Source: Phoronis australis
Taxonomy: Eukaryota; Animalia; Phoronida
Reading direction: 5' to 3'
Assembly (NCBI GenBank): GCA_002633005.1
Contig: NMRA01000770.1
Span: 30,352 to 94,351 of the forward strand
DNA: 64,000 nt
The notes under the pieces are model-generated. The model did not search any database, was not told the origin of the DNA, and saw nothing but the letters and a program-made list of their open reading frames with translations. Positions 37,901 through 52,900 of the stretch are shown here, one piece after another (position 1 is the first letter of the stretch; every line of letters begins with the position of its first letter). A program made the position numbers and the translations under genes.

Positions 37901-40900
37901 CAACTGTGGGAAAAGACCTCCCACCAAGGACCATAATGTCTCAATTTGTGAGATAGGGTTATGAGTTTGTTGTTAGTTCCTGCTTTTATCTTTCAGGATT
38001 GACAACAATGATGCATTTAGCAGGTGACAGAATGAGGATTGGTTGAAATCATTAAAACACGATTTAGTGTCCTTAAAATGAAGGATTTTTTCGCAATTTT
38101 ATGGAAAAACTTTTATCCAATAGAGAGCAGCACGTGTCCATTTTTAGACAATTTGGTATTACTCACTCTTAGTATAGCGTGTAATTGTTTCAACAAATGA
38201 ACATCGCTTGTATCTTTACAATTTTTTCAATTTTTTTATCTTTACAATTAACAGTATTGCTGTTGTATTGAAGGTCGAGATGGAGAAGTATGCCAAAGGT
38301 GTTCAGTGGTTACGTGACCTGCTCTTCAACAGTCAGTTCACAGCGGCGCGTCTGAAGATCATTGCTACGAAAATGGCAAATGACGTTGCTCGAATGAAGC
38401 GCAAGGGCCGCCTCTTAGTCAAGTCACTGATAAAAGATGTCAATTATAGCCCAGGTATGTCACGAGTAAGGGGAGAGGCCATGTAAGCTGTCGCTGAGAC
38501 GGATCATTTTATGCCATGTGAACAGTCGATGACTCGGATCATTTTGTGTCGTGTTAACAATTGCTGACACAAATAATTTTTTCCATGTTAACAGTCACTG
38601 ACCTGGATAATTTTGTGCCTTGTGAAAAGTCACTGACAGGGATCATTTTGCGTCAGGAACCTGTAAAAAGTCACTGAAACCGATCATTTTGTGCCCTGTA
38701 AAAAGTCACTGACACTGATCATTTTGTTCCCCCTAATAAGTCACTGACAGGGACCATTTTTCGCCCTTTAAAAAGTCACTGACATGAATCATTTTGTAAC
38801 ACGTAAATAGTCACTAAGACACGGGTCATTTTGCACCCTGTTAAAGGACACGGACATGGATAATTTTTGTGCCTTGTGAACATGCACTGACACGGGTCAT
38901 TGTTTGCCATGTAAACTATCACTGACGGGTCATTGTGTGCCATGTAAACTATCACTGACACGAGTCATTGTGTGCCATGTAAACTATCACTGATGGGTCA
39001 TTGTGTGCCATGTAAACTATCACTGATGGGTCATTGTGTGCCATGTAAACTATCACTGACACGGGTCATTGTGTGCCATGTAAACTATCACTGATGGGTC
39101 ATTGTGTGCCATGTAAACTATCACTGATGGGTCATTGTGTGCCATGTAAACTATCACTGACACGGGTCATTGTGTGCCATGTAAACTATCACTGATGGGT
39201 CATTGTGTGCCATGTAAACTATCACTGATGGGTCATTGTGTGCCATGTAAACTATCACTGACACGGGTCATTGTGTGCCATGTAAACTATCACTGATGGG
39301 TCATTGTGTGCCATGTAAACTATCACTGATGGGTCATTGTGTGCCATGTAAACTATCATTGACATGGGTCATTGTGTGCCATGTAAACTATCACTGACGG
39401 GTCATTGTGTGCCATGTAAACTATCACTGACNTGTGGTCTATTCCTAAACAACGAGAAATTTAGACATAATTTTAATAATATTTCGGCTCTGTGTTCATG
39501 TGGAGATACCCAGACATATCCTCATGTTTTCTTTGCTTGTGAGGTATGCAAGGAGGAGAGGGTACAGCTCTTCCAGGCACTCGAACAATACCCCAATGTT
39601 TATAAAAAATACTCTGAAATTCCGCAATATTGTACAACAAAATTAATTTCTTTCTATATGGATGTCAAGAACTTAACTCAAACGAAAATATGGTTTTATT
39701 TGAAATAGTATCAGAATTTCTTTATAACATTAAATCTCTTTGTGTGAGTGGATAGAATTTTATACATCTGTATGAAAATGAATTATTTTCATTCGTTGTC
39801 ATATATCATTGTATTCTTAATATCAGTTTTTTTATTTATGTATTTGTATATAATCATTGTATATAGACTTCTTTGTATTTTTTACCCAGATCTAATGCCT
39901 CTTGGCGCTTTCTGGGTTATGTATATTCATTGTATTCTGAAGATTTCGTAATAAACATTAAAAAAAAATGTAAAAATATGCATGCGAGTGAAGTTGAGAA
40001 ATATGCAACGCCTGATTTCGTTAAAAAAATTCATTAACTTGTGAATGATAATTTTTTTCTTTTTCAGGCAGTAATCACTATGTGGCAAACATGATGAGGC
40101 AACATTCTTTTTTAACTTCACTACAGGAGAGGTTGGAGAAAGACCCTAAAGAGGTAGAGTCATAATCAGAATAAACTGTAGACAGACTTCGCGTGAACTC
40201 CGTCATACCTTGCCAAACTTGCACAAACTTCTTTCCAAAATTATTTGGCAATTTGGTCGAGCTGCTGTGATAATAGAATGGCATTTTTGTTGAATTTAGT
40301 CAAAAACAGCATAGCTACTGACTGCTTATTTGAGAAATTGGCAGATGTGCTAGTTACGTTGTTGCAATTATGACAAGTTTCATAGAGCTACAATTTTATC
40401 ACAATTGAAATTGGTTCTTTGCAAAAAAGTGGATATATGGTTGAGGTTTTGAGCATCGAAACTTTGTTGAATTTCGAAGTTGTCCCCAGTTTATTATGAA
40501 TCTACTGTCGTTAAGTTTCCCTTTCCTGTTCGTAAGGAATATTCCAGTTGATCAAAACTTCTTCAAAACTTCTCTAACTTACTGTCAAGTTTTAGTTGTA
40601 CGCCAGCATAGAGTCTATAGTAGAGTGGGCCCTCTGTTGGCTTGTCTTGATATGCACAATCTTTATAGTAGAGTGGTCCCTCTGTTGGCTAGTCTTGATA
40701 TGTGCTGTTGATGAAACAATAATTGAATGAGTGATATTTTAGGTTGAAAATGACATGAATAAGGTTCGAGACTACCTGACTGCCACGGACAACTTGTGTA
40801 TTCACTTGGCGACAAATGTTGAGAAACTGGCGAAACATGGAAAACCACAGCAGCCCTGGTTAGAGTTTCTACCCAGTGAAGCAGCACCTAAGAAACAATT

Positions 40901-43900
40901 GTAAGCTGTTTTTCGTGTAACTTTTGACAATGATAACCACATCCCAAAATACCACAGTTCTGCTCTGTTTCTGTGATATTTACCCACAATGCTACACTGA
41001 TATTGCTCAGTGAGCTGTAACTGTGACATAAGCAATTTGAAAAATCCTGTGGGGTGTGATATATCATTCTTACAAGTCCGATTTGCCTCTGTCAGAAATC
41101 TTAGCAGCCAAACATTGACCAATATGGACAAAAACACCGTATTTGATTTTGGCCATGACTAATGTCTGTAACACGGTGATGAGATTTGAAGCCAGTTGCA
41201 CACTATGCAGCAATAGCCACAGGAGTCACAGTTTTTCAACCTTGTGCCCTTAATTCATTGGAAAAGATGGTTTTCAAAATGCGTAACTATTACTCACTAT
41301 GCCAACAAGACTTGAGATGAGTTGCAGTAGGTACATTGCACGTAAAAATAGTCTTGCAAAATGAGCCGGAATTCTCTGTTATTCCAGTTGAGGGCAAGTA
41401 GTGAAACCTAGTAAGTGGAATGATGAGTTGTGAAAGGTCATGACCCATGATGAAAGGTCATGACCCATGGTGAAGGGTCATTACAATCGTGAAAGGTTAT
41501 GTCCCGTCATGATGTGCAATTATTGTTCTATTTAGTTCATTATAAGTTGTAATACTACAATGTTGTGGTATTGCAGCCGTGTTGAGCTGTGTTGTGTTGT
41601 TTGCTGTGCCATGGTTAGGCAACAATACTGATGAGTTGAGTTGAGCCAAGTCATAAAGTGTGCAGCAGGCTTGATGGAATAACTTTATTCAGCGGTGTTG
41701 GGCATTTATGTCAGTTTACATTACCGTCTTTACTCTTTACAAAAGACATGATAGGGCTGTTCTATTGCAATCAGTATGGGTGAGTGAGGCACCTGAGGTA
41801 AAAAAATAGGCTTGGGAAAAATTGGTGATTTGCTGAAGATTGGAATCATGAAGTTACCCTTAAAAGTTTTCTGTTTTGTGTATTGAAAAGCAGCATGACT
41901 GGGCCCCGCAGGATTTGTGCGCCCTCTTTTGTCAGCAACTATTTTAATATCAATGTATGAACGCAATAATGTTTTGAAAGCACAAACACAACTGTAGAAA
42001 AATGTGTCCGCAGTTTCAAAAGTGATTGGTTCGGAAATTTTTTATTAACTCACACTCCTCAGATTTTAAACAACTGCATATCACACAGTTTTAATTTTTT
42101 CTTTCAGTCATCTTGAGGTACCTTGAATTAAAAGATTGAGTTAGAGTATACAAATTATTCTGGTCAAAGCGACATTTTTCCCTTTATGGTTGGATAAAAA
42201 ACAAAAATTGAGTCAGGCTTTATCCCTCGTAAAATCGGTCTCGTAATATTTTTTACCTAAAGTTTGATAGGATTCTGTTCTTGTTACCAACAAGAACTTC
42301 AAAACCACCAGAGACACAAGCAAATGGACAACTCTTTGAGAATGGAGGTCGTACGCGTTGTGTGTGGCCAATTGACAAATCAAGATAGGATGAGTGCTGT
42401 CATGTTTGTTTTTAACCAAAATGTTTAAATTCCAAAGCACTTTCAATGGTTAAGAATTGGACGTTGGCAGATTATCTGGCCCGAAAATGCAGCTTTAGTA
42501 ATGCCTGGATTGTTTTGTTGCAAGGTCTTCTCGTCTATTCAAAACTGTTGGAATTATTTTAGGGTATTAAGATCTTTCAGATAAGCCCTCTACTTAGTAG
42601 ACAACTTTCAAGGAGTGGATACTAACGACATCTGGTGGCTGGGCTGGTTATGTAAATACAGTTCCATCCATTCGTTTCTCTTGGTTTTGAAGCACGTGTC
42701 GTTCACGATGTGCCAGCGTAATAGAAGCTTTTTTAGCTCACAGCGTATTTTGTGATGTCTCGTGGTGTACACGATCGGATCCGCGATTTGGTTCAACGAT
42801 AACAGAATCATAGTTGCAGCCACGATTTTGGGGATGAGCGTACTTGTCGATTTGGCGTCTTGATTGTCGTAGAGATATAAATACAAAACAGTTGATGGTA
42901 GCCATAGTAACACGAACGTCAACGCTATGAGGCAGATTGTTGTTATTCCACTCGACTTTTTCTGATGTTTGATTTTGATCAGTAGCAGTATGAGAGAGAT
43001 GATGATCCCTATCACCATTATCAATCCCAGAATGCATTGTGCCAGCTGAAACCAGTTGTCTGGGCTGCTCTCTGATTTGTTGGAGCTAAGGATCACCAGA
43101 GCTTGACCAATCGCAAGGATAATGGCAACAATCCAGTGTAAGCAAATGAAGACAATGACGCGATGTCGCGTAAATAACCGTTTGAATTGATGTGGCTGGT
43201 ACGACGCCACGATTCTCTCTATGGTCATGAAAAACATGGCAAATAGTCCCGCGTAGAGCGATGCCATGGCCTTCAGTTGGAATATGTTGCTAACGAGCTG
43301 TAAAATATTCAATTTCTCATGCTGAACACGGTGTGATTTACCGAAGCACTGACAGATGAAGCAGCACAACACTGCGCTAACGAGCTTACTGACGGAGAAT
43401 AAAATATCGGCAACACCAAGACTTGCGATGGTGTATATGGTGTTGTCTTTCTGTTTGACGTTCACCAAGGCCAACATGCCGACGGTGTTAAGGAGTATCG
43501 CCACCAAACTAATGCTTATTATCCCCCCTGAGACGACGCAGACAGGCATACTGGCGCACGTGTCCAACGAGGTGTTGGTCATCATGTTCAGTGTCTGTTC
43601 AGCAGTGGTGGTGATGGCCGTCATCGCCATGGCAATACTTCTTACATGTCAGTCACTCAGATGTTGGTATCAATAAATATTTGGACACTCTTCTGGAGTG
43701 AATTACCTGTTATGAAAAAAAAGAAAACATTAATGTTTATTTCTGGTTCTTTATTGTCTATAAACTATGTAGGTAAGTATGATCTTACTGTTGGTTTAAC
43801 CTGTAACCAATTTTCTGGTGCTAAAACCTACTTCTTCACTGGTGTGCACTGTGTTGAAGACTGATAATATAACACCCGACATATCTCTGATGGTTATACA

Positions 43901-46900
43901 CAGCATTGGCGACCGATAATAAAATACCGGGCATATCCCTGATGGCTGTGCACTGTATTGGCGACTGAAAGTAATCTGCTTCAATATTGGCAAACTTACC
44001 GAGTATGTTTTGAAGCAGTAACAAACTGTCAGATCTTCTCAAGCCAAGAAGTCGCCTTCTAGTCTGAGACTAGTAATTAGAAAATGTCAACCGTTGTCAA
44101 GTCCTTTCACATTTTGTTCTATTAATTAAAGCTCGATGAAAGTACAGTGTAAGACAAATTTAAAGTAATCAGACAAAATACAGTGCAAGACAAAAGTAAT
44201 CAGACAAAATACGGTTTCCCTGTCATGATTGTTGACACCGTTATGATAGCTAATGTGGTCAGAACCTGCTAACGGACAGAATGACTTGTAATAAGTAATA
44301 GGCTGGCGAAATTCGTGATAACTTTCTTGTTAATTTCCCGTCATTCTCGGTCACGAGGAAAGTCTGCTCTGATGTTGAATTCTGCTTCAACCCCGCCATC
44401 ACGACAGAATTCTGGTTAATTTTGTAGGACTACTGCCTAGTGCCGTATATTATTTTCTGAAATCGCAATGACTGCAATTTTTTAATTTGTCTCTAATAAT
44501 ATAGCACATTGTTTATAATCATGAGACGATTGTTGAGAAAATGTTCATCTTTTTTACTTTGAACTTGAATTTCTGAAAAAAGTGCTTGTAACTTCACGTT
44601 TAAACTATATATTATACTTACTTTGGTGTAGAATTTCCCTCATAGTTATTCTTATTGAGGAACTTGATACAGGTATAAAATCCTTTTATTTGGAATATTT
44701 GATTGCCAAGTAGGTTAAGAATTACCCTGAATTTTGTTATTTTATATGATGTAATTTTTCAATTTTTGACTCAAGTGTAGTTTTTGTTTTCAGACCCAGG
44801 AGTTGCACATTTTTTTAAACGTCAGTCATTTCCAGTAAACTGTATCTCACTTGATTACGAATCTCATATAAGGTTCTACAAAACAGTTGTTTTGATGGTC
44901 AATTGAAAACATCAAAACCTGAGAAAACTTGAAAGAAAAACACGGATCAAATATCCATTTCCATTCAACTGAAGTAATTCAAGTAATTCTGGCGAGAAAT
45001 TCATCCAAGTTTGGCAGAGTATGACGCAATTCTAGTATATTTTTAATTCATGCACGATTTTCGTACATTAGCAAAGAATTAAGCATTTCATTGACTCAAG
45101 ACTTCTAATGGATTTTTTGTGTTAGAAACTTTACAGTTGTACAGTCTGATATTGATCAGTGACCCTATTTATAACTTGATTGCATTTAAATATTCATTGC
45201 TTATAATGCTGACTAGTTACACAAACATGAATAATGCATAGTATTACTAGCACCTTTTGAAACAGAGAGAGAGGAGCCTTCTTCCTCCATGAGGCATGGT
45301 ATTTGTTATGCATTTTCGTAATCTGTCTGAGATTGATTATGAATCTTCGAATATTGTATATTGTCGTCTATCTGTGCTCACAAAGTACTTTGAATAGGCC
45401 CGTCCTGAAATACCAGACCACCACTCTTTCTATGTTCAAAGATCTAGTCAGAACTACAATAAAGGTTCGTTATCCACTTCCAGATGAAATTTATAGGTAC
45501 CAACCTGTCGTTGATTGGGTCACATGACCGAGTGTTTTTGTAATAGTAGTCAAACAGAATGGCATGCGGCTGCCCATACTGGATGAAAGATAATGATATC
45601 AGTAGCATAGTACAATTTCATTTGTGGAGACACTCTTATGACTGTCACTAGGTGGCGATGAAGTAGTCAGTGGATATCATTCTTGGAAAGGGATTCAATG
45701 CAAAGGAAATTTACAGCATTTTTATGCGGCGCATTATGCCGTCATCTCCGTCCATCCGTCCGGGCGGCGTCCGGCGTCCGCTGCTCTATCTCCAAAACCC
45801 TTTGACATACGTTCATGAAATTTGGCACATATGTTCCATTCATGAATGGGACGGCATGTGCGAACTTTCGGACAAATTTGACTACCGGTGTGCCCCCTAG
45901 TGGCAATTTTAGTTTTTTACGCTTACCTTTGTATCTTCAAAAGTCCTGAACGGATTTTCATGAAATTTGGTATGTAGGCACCTATTAGTGAGATGACGCT
46001 ATCTTGCCGTTTTCAGATGGATTCGACATAGTTTGCGCCACCTAGTGGCCATGTTTAGTGTTTTCGAGTCTGTTTTTGTGCNAGTCGCCTTCTAGTCTGA
46101 GACTAGTAATTAGAAAATGTCAACCGTTGTCAAGTCCTTTCACATTTTGTTCTATTAAAGCTCGATGAAAGTACAGTGCAAGACAAAAAAGTAATCAGAC
46201 AAAATACAGTGCAAGACAAAAGTAATCAGACAAAATACGGTTTCCCTGTCATGATTGTTGACACCGTTATGATAGCTAATGCGGTCAGAACCTGCTAACG
46301 GACAGAATGACTTGTAATAAGTAATAGGCTGGCCAAATTCGTGATAACTTTCTTGTTAATTTCCCGTCATTCTCGGTCACGAGGAAAGTCTGCTCTGATG
46401 TTGAATTCTGCTTCCACCCCGCCATCGTGACAGAATTCTGGTTAATTTTGTAGGACTACTGCCTAGTGCTGTATATTTTTTTCTGAAATCGCAATGACTG
46501 AAATTTTTTAATTTGTCTCTAATAATATAGCACATTGTTTATAATCATGAAACGATTGTTGAGAAAATTTTCATCTTTTTTACTTTGAACTTGAATTTCT
46601 GAAAAAAAGTGCTTGTAACTTCACGTTTAAACTATATACTTACTTTGGTGTAGAATTTCCCTCATAGTTATTCTTATTGAGGAACTTGATACAGGTATAA
46701 AATCCTTTTATTAGGAATATTTGATTGCCAAGTAGGTTAAGAATTACCCTGAATTTTGTTATTTAATATGATGTAATTTTTCAATTTTTGACTCAAGTGT
46801 AGTTTTTGTTTTCAGACCCAGGAGTTGCACATTTTTTTTAAACATCAGTCGTTTCCAGTAATCTGTGTCTCACTTGATTACGAATCTCATATAAGGTTCT

Positions 46901-49900
46901 ACAAAACAGTTGTTTTGATGGTCAATTGAGAACATCAAAACCTGAGAAAACTTGATAGAAAAACACGGATCAAATATCCATTTCCATTCAACTGATTCAG
47001 AAGTAATTCAAGTAATTCTGGCAAGAAATTCATCCAAGTTTGGCAGAGTATGACACAATTCTAGTATATTTTTAATTCATGCACGAATTTCGTACATTAG
47101 CAAAGAATTAAGCATTTCATTGACTCAAGACTTCTAATGGATTTTTTTGTGTTAGAAACTTTACAGTTGTACAGTCTGATATTGATCAGTGACCCTATTT
47201 ATAACTTGATCGCATTTAAATATTCATTGCTTATAATGCTGACTAGTTACACAAACATGAATAATGCATAGTATTACTAGCACCTTTTGAAACAGTGAGA
47301 GAGAGGTGCCTTCCTCGTCCATGAGACATGGTATTTGTTATGCATTTTCGTAATCTGTCTGAGATTGATTATGAATCTTCGAATATTGTATATTGTCGTC
47401 TATCTGTGCTCACAAAGTACTTTGAATAGGCCCGTCCTGAAATACCAGACCACCACTCTTTCTATATTCAAAGATCTAGTCAGAGTTACAATAAAGGTTC
47501 GTTATCCACTTCCAGATGTAATTTATAGGTACCAACCTGTCGTTGATTGGGCCACATGACCGAGTGTTTTTGTAATAGTAGTCAAACAGAATGGCATGCG
47601 GCTGCCCATACTGGATGAAAGATAATGATATCAGTAGCATAGTACAATTTCATTTGTGGAGACACTCTTATGACTGTCACTAGGTGGTGATGAAGTAGTC
47701 AGTGGATATCATTCTTGGAAAGGGATTCAATGCAAAGGAAATTTACAGCATTTTTTATGAATTCTTTGTGATCATAGCATCTAGTTTCCCTTGTTGTGCA
47801 TTAGGATGTTCAGATTTCCCTTGTTGTGCATTAGGATGTTCAGATTTCCCTTGTTGTGCATTAGGATGTCCAGATTTCCCTTGTTGTGCATTAGGATGTT
47901 CAGATTTCCCTTGTTGTGCATTAGGATGTTCAAATTACCCAATTGTAAGTTAGGAGTTTTTCACACAGTTGTATGTTAAAAATGTCTTTGAATTAAAAAA
48001 GTTGCGTTCCATCCTTGTAAATGAAACCAGACGTGCACTCCAGGTGGGTAATGTGACCATGACTCTTTGTAAATTATAGTGTTATTTAGTAATTGATATT
48101 GCTGTTTAATGAATTATAGTGCTATTTAGTAAATTATAGTGTTATTTAGTAATTTAAAAATATAGCAAAACAAACCTACATTGATAGCAAAATGACAGTA
48201 TCATTAATGTGAAATCTCATTTCCTGTAAATTTTTTATGTAGATCCTCAAAAAATCTTTGAAATTTTCTACACATGTCATTCTTCACTGACAGCAAAAAG
48301 TCATACTTTCCCTAGTCTCTCTTGCAAAAGTGGAACTTTTTAATTACAATTCCTAGCAGCGTGTTCTGAAATTCGTCAAAACTTTCCAGAGTCCCACGTA
48401 ACTTTGATCTATGATAGTGAGGTTGAGGTGACTGACACTGTGGATTAATTGTGCCAGGCTCACTGGTTATGATATGAAACCTAGTCACTTAAAGTAGCCT
48501 GTAGACCGTTTGCTCATGGTTATGAAACCAAGTCACTTAAAGCACCCTGTTGACCGTTTGCTCATGGTTATGAAACCAAGTCACTTAAAGCACCCTGTTG
48601 ACCGTTTGCTCATGGTTATGAAACCAAGTCACTTAAAGCACCCTGTAGACCGTTTGCTCATGGTTATGAAACCAAGTCACTTAAAGTACCCTGTAGACTG
48701 TTCGCTCACACCACTGCTTTGAGATGGATGCTACATAACTGCAAATAACATCAAGTGATTAATGATTAAATAATGGTGAACGTCAGTCTATAAAGTAATG
48801 AATCCAGCTTTCTTATGCTTTATCACATGCCTGCTCATGGCTTAGTATGCAATATTTGAGACCGTTAATGACCTGTAAAAATCATACATTAGTGTAATTG
48901 GTTTTATAGTTTTGATAAATAATAAAAATTCTATTATAATTTTATGAGAGTACAATTGGAAAGTACCAGTATTGACAGACTGTGCAAACATGTTATCTAA
49001 TATTTGAAGTTTGTGGGAGAAACCGCACCAGTCATACCTTCAACTTGCCTCTTCATAATAGACAGTGTCTCAATGCCATTATTTTCTCACAGTGCTTCAC
49101 TTCTTCAGCACTGGTCTCACAGTTGAACAGGCCTGGTGATCACTCAAGTTTGCATCATTTGTTATTTTAGTTTCAGTTACACCCCCCTCAGTTAAATGGG
49201 TAATGGTCTGATATAGCATGCAGAAATTTTGAGAACCAGTTTTCTCCACTGAATAACAGGCATCAAACTGGTTCTCAAAATACGGACACGTTATATCAGA
49301 CTATTGCCGTTAAATGTGTTTACTAATAACCGGGTGCATGGCAACGTGTGATGTCATTGTTTCGTTTTTTCAACTGATTAGAAGTAAACTTCCTTTTCAT
49401 TATGGTAAAATTTTTTTGAAAATTTCAACGCAGTGTGGCGGAACTGTAAGATTTCATTTTGGAAGTAATTTCAACAAGAGTAAACACTTATTTTATTATT
49501 TGAAAATTCTATTTAGTGCGGCTGTCATCAACAAGCTCACGATGAAATTTTGGACATTTTTGGCAATGCAGCAACCATTTGAAAAATTGAAAAAAATTTT
49601 GGCCACTTTTATTATGCGCCCACATATTTAATATGTTGACGCATTATGCCATCATCTCTGTCTGTCTGTCCGTCTGTCCGGGCGGCGTCTGTACGGCATC
49701 TGTCCGACATCAATGTTCCGCTGCTAAATCTACTTGTTTATTGCAAACTTATCGGATGCTTTTAATTTTAATCGAAGACTGAAGTTAATTGTTCATTCTA
49801 ACCACAACTCCCCAAAACATTGACTCTGTTGAGTGCACAAAGTCAGGAGTTGTAGAATGAGGTGCAGAGTAGTGAAACAAGAGTCAGCACAATGAGATTA

Positions 49901-52900
49901 TTTTATAACCTCAAAACCAATTATCAGGAAGTAGTTAACTGTGGGAGACATGCACAACTAAATCCCCATGCGTCTGTGTACTATTGGATCAGATTGAACA
50001 CTTGTCTCACATCAAACATCAAATTCTTCACGCAATCTACGTTCAGAAAAAATATATACCATAAACTCGCCCATTCCCGAATTTTCATCAATTTTCAGTT
50101 TAAGCGCCCACTGCTTGGGTAATTGTCCACCCCCCATCTCAGGGTTTCCCAATTTAAGCGACCAGGGCGTTAACCCGCGAGTTTACGGTACTTTAATTTG
50201 GTTAAAATCTATGATTTTGTAGGTATTTGGCTAAATAGTTACACAGGCTTGTCAATAAGGCATTTATACACTGTAAGCTTAAAACACACTGTGTTTGTTT
50301 GTGTGTAGTCACTAGAAAGGCTTGTATTTGGTGTTATGTACTGCAATCATAATGCCAGGTTTGTGACAGCAAATCTGTCATGCTAAGCTAAGAGTGTACA
50401 GTTCTTTCAAACAACATGCATTGATATACAACTAAAACGCTAACATGATTGTGTACTAACTGGTGCATTAACCTTATACTGAAATGAAATATTTTAAATG
50501 AGGAATATGAATCAGAATTACCTGAATTACCTTCTGCGAGAGGGTTCCTTGAAGATGTTGGGCACAAACCCTGTCCCCATAGGTACACCCAAATGAACAT
50601 GTTATAGAAATATAGACAAAAATATTGAAAAATAAACAAGCTGCTGTACAGATTTTTACCTTTTCTCAACAAAAGATACGAATTATGGAAATCTCACCTT
50701 TTTCTGAAGGCGTCCCGAGCTGTAGAGACCACCCACTTACATCAGTAGTAATGCCTAGCTGTAACACCTCTAGCCAGCTGAACACTTTAATACTTTGAAC
50801 AAATTGATTTAGAGTTGAACAACCGTGTACAAATCAATGGTCTTGTTGCGGTGATAGACACCCAGCAGAAGGGCTTGATGATCACCTGCTGGTCACAGGA
50901 GTACTTAATGATGATACATTTTCTGTCAGTTGAAAATTTATTCAAGAGTATCGTATAGCAACTACAATTATTATACAAAAATTTGTTACAAGTTCTCGTT
51001 CGTCTCAATACAAGGCAATGGTGTGGTAAGGACTCTCCTGTTAGGGGCAGGAAAAAAATTAGTTTGCTCAAGGTTGGAGATTGTACCAAATTTTACTCGT
51101 AGATATAGGCAGAATTGGCTGTCCCAAATTCAAGAGTTGCGAGAAAGAATTTTACTTTGGCAGCTATTTTTGATGATTTTGATAGTTTCTGATACTTGAA
51201 AAACTGACTCCAAAATTATCCGTACCTCAAATGTTAGGAATCAAAAAAAATGTTAAAATTTGGCTTGAATTTAAGTGTCCCAAATTTTAGAGACTCCCAA
51301 ATTTTAGAAACTTTCCCAAATTTTAGAGACTCTCAAATTTTTACCATCAGAATGTTAAAACTAGTTTTTTTATTGATAAAAGCATAAACATTTTGTTTTA
51401 CATTTTACAGGTAGTAGTTGCTGTGGTTACAGTATGGATGTAGAAATCCTGTGCTCATGATTTGCACCTGATGTATAATTGCCATGGTTACGGTATAGAT
51501 GTAGAATGGAAATTAATGACTGTGCCCATTTGTGAATTCTTATTCCATTTAATTAATTTCTGAGCAAGTAGTCACCATTATAAGCACCCATACTGCTTAG
51601 GGAAGTCAAATGAAAGTGGGGCGCCGAATTCAGACTTCAAATCACCGTTGTTTGAAATTCTCAGTAACTGGGTTTGGAATTTTCCTTTTTTAAGAGGATT
51701 TCTTCTTTTTTGGTTTCCATTTCCTCTAATTTGATTTCCAGTTTTCTCTTTTCAATTTATGTTCATGTTAAATTTAATTTTACAACACAAAAATATTTAT
51801 ATCACAGAAGCCCATTTACTTCACCTGAAAATTTTTCATTTTTTTGTCATTGGTCATTCCAAGACGTGCAGTGATCATTGGATTGGGATTTATGTTTTAT
51901 TTTTCCGTAACTGACTCTCTGGGGAAGCTGTGAATTTGTTCAATGCTGAGACTTAGCATACTTAGAGTGTATGACTTCTGAACTTGAGTCTTGACTATTC
52001 AAACGTTACCCACAGTGTTCAAACAGGGTGTAGCATAGGTCTTTTCAAACTTGTAAAGTTATATGTTCCTGAAGGTGACTTTAGGTGCAGTTTGCCTTGT
52101 GTAGCTGGCTAAAATGAAAATAGGCTTTTTACTGTCATAAACTGGTTACATAATATTCCTTACCGCAATAGAATAATCATTTCCGTTATCAGTAAGAAAA
52201 TCCCTTGTGACCCAAAAATGTCCTTCAAATTATTTTGAGTCTACCAAGCTTTTGAAAATAGCACATGTAGACATTGCCTGCGACTTAAATTGCCTACAAT
52301 AATCCAAGGTCTGATAACTATGGTACTATTTTAAACCCTAAAGATCTTCGGGTTAAGACCTCAACATTGCCAGCTAAATACATTAAGCAAAATTCATCTT
52401 CAAATAACTAGAAAAGTAATATCAAAAATATATAGAAAAATCAATGCCACAAATTCATCTTCTCATTTCAGATCGGCTGTTGTCCACTCGCACCAGCTGC
52501 TGGCCTCCCAGAATGCCTCACCGTCCCAGCATGCCATTGTTGGCGTGGGCGCCATTGAATCGTCTTACTTCTTGCAGACGGTACCCTGCCTGTCGTCATA
52601 CACCCATGATGATCTGCCTGCTATCATGGTATTCATACAATACTTGGTCCAACTAGAGGGTCCAATGTGGAGACAGATTAGAGGTCTGGGCCTGGCCTAT
52701 GGTTACTTGTAAGTGAAAATACTTGTGATAATCATTATGATTTTCCTATTGAATACCATTCACACAGTGTTTGTTGCAAGTAGAGTAACTGATGTTCAAG
52801 CAGATTGGAGGACTGGGACTGGCTTATGTTTAGTGGTGGGAGTTCTAACGATAATGTGAATGGAATACCAACCCTACAGTAATTGGTCCAGCTATATGAC

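Noticed and set aside
48458-48492. Possible extra peptidase micro-exon (LTGYDMKPSHL)
   Set aside because: It is the degenerate first unit of the 48-bp repeat with a weak donor, and exon 17 already joins exon 18 in phase.
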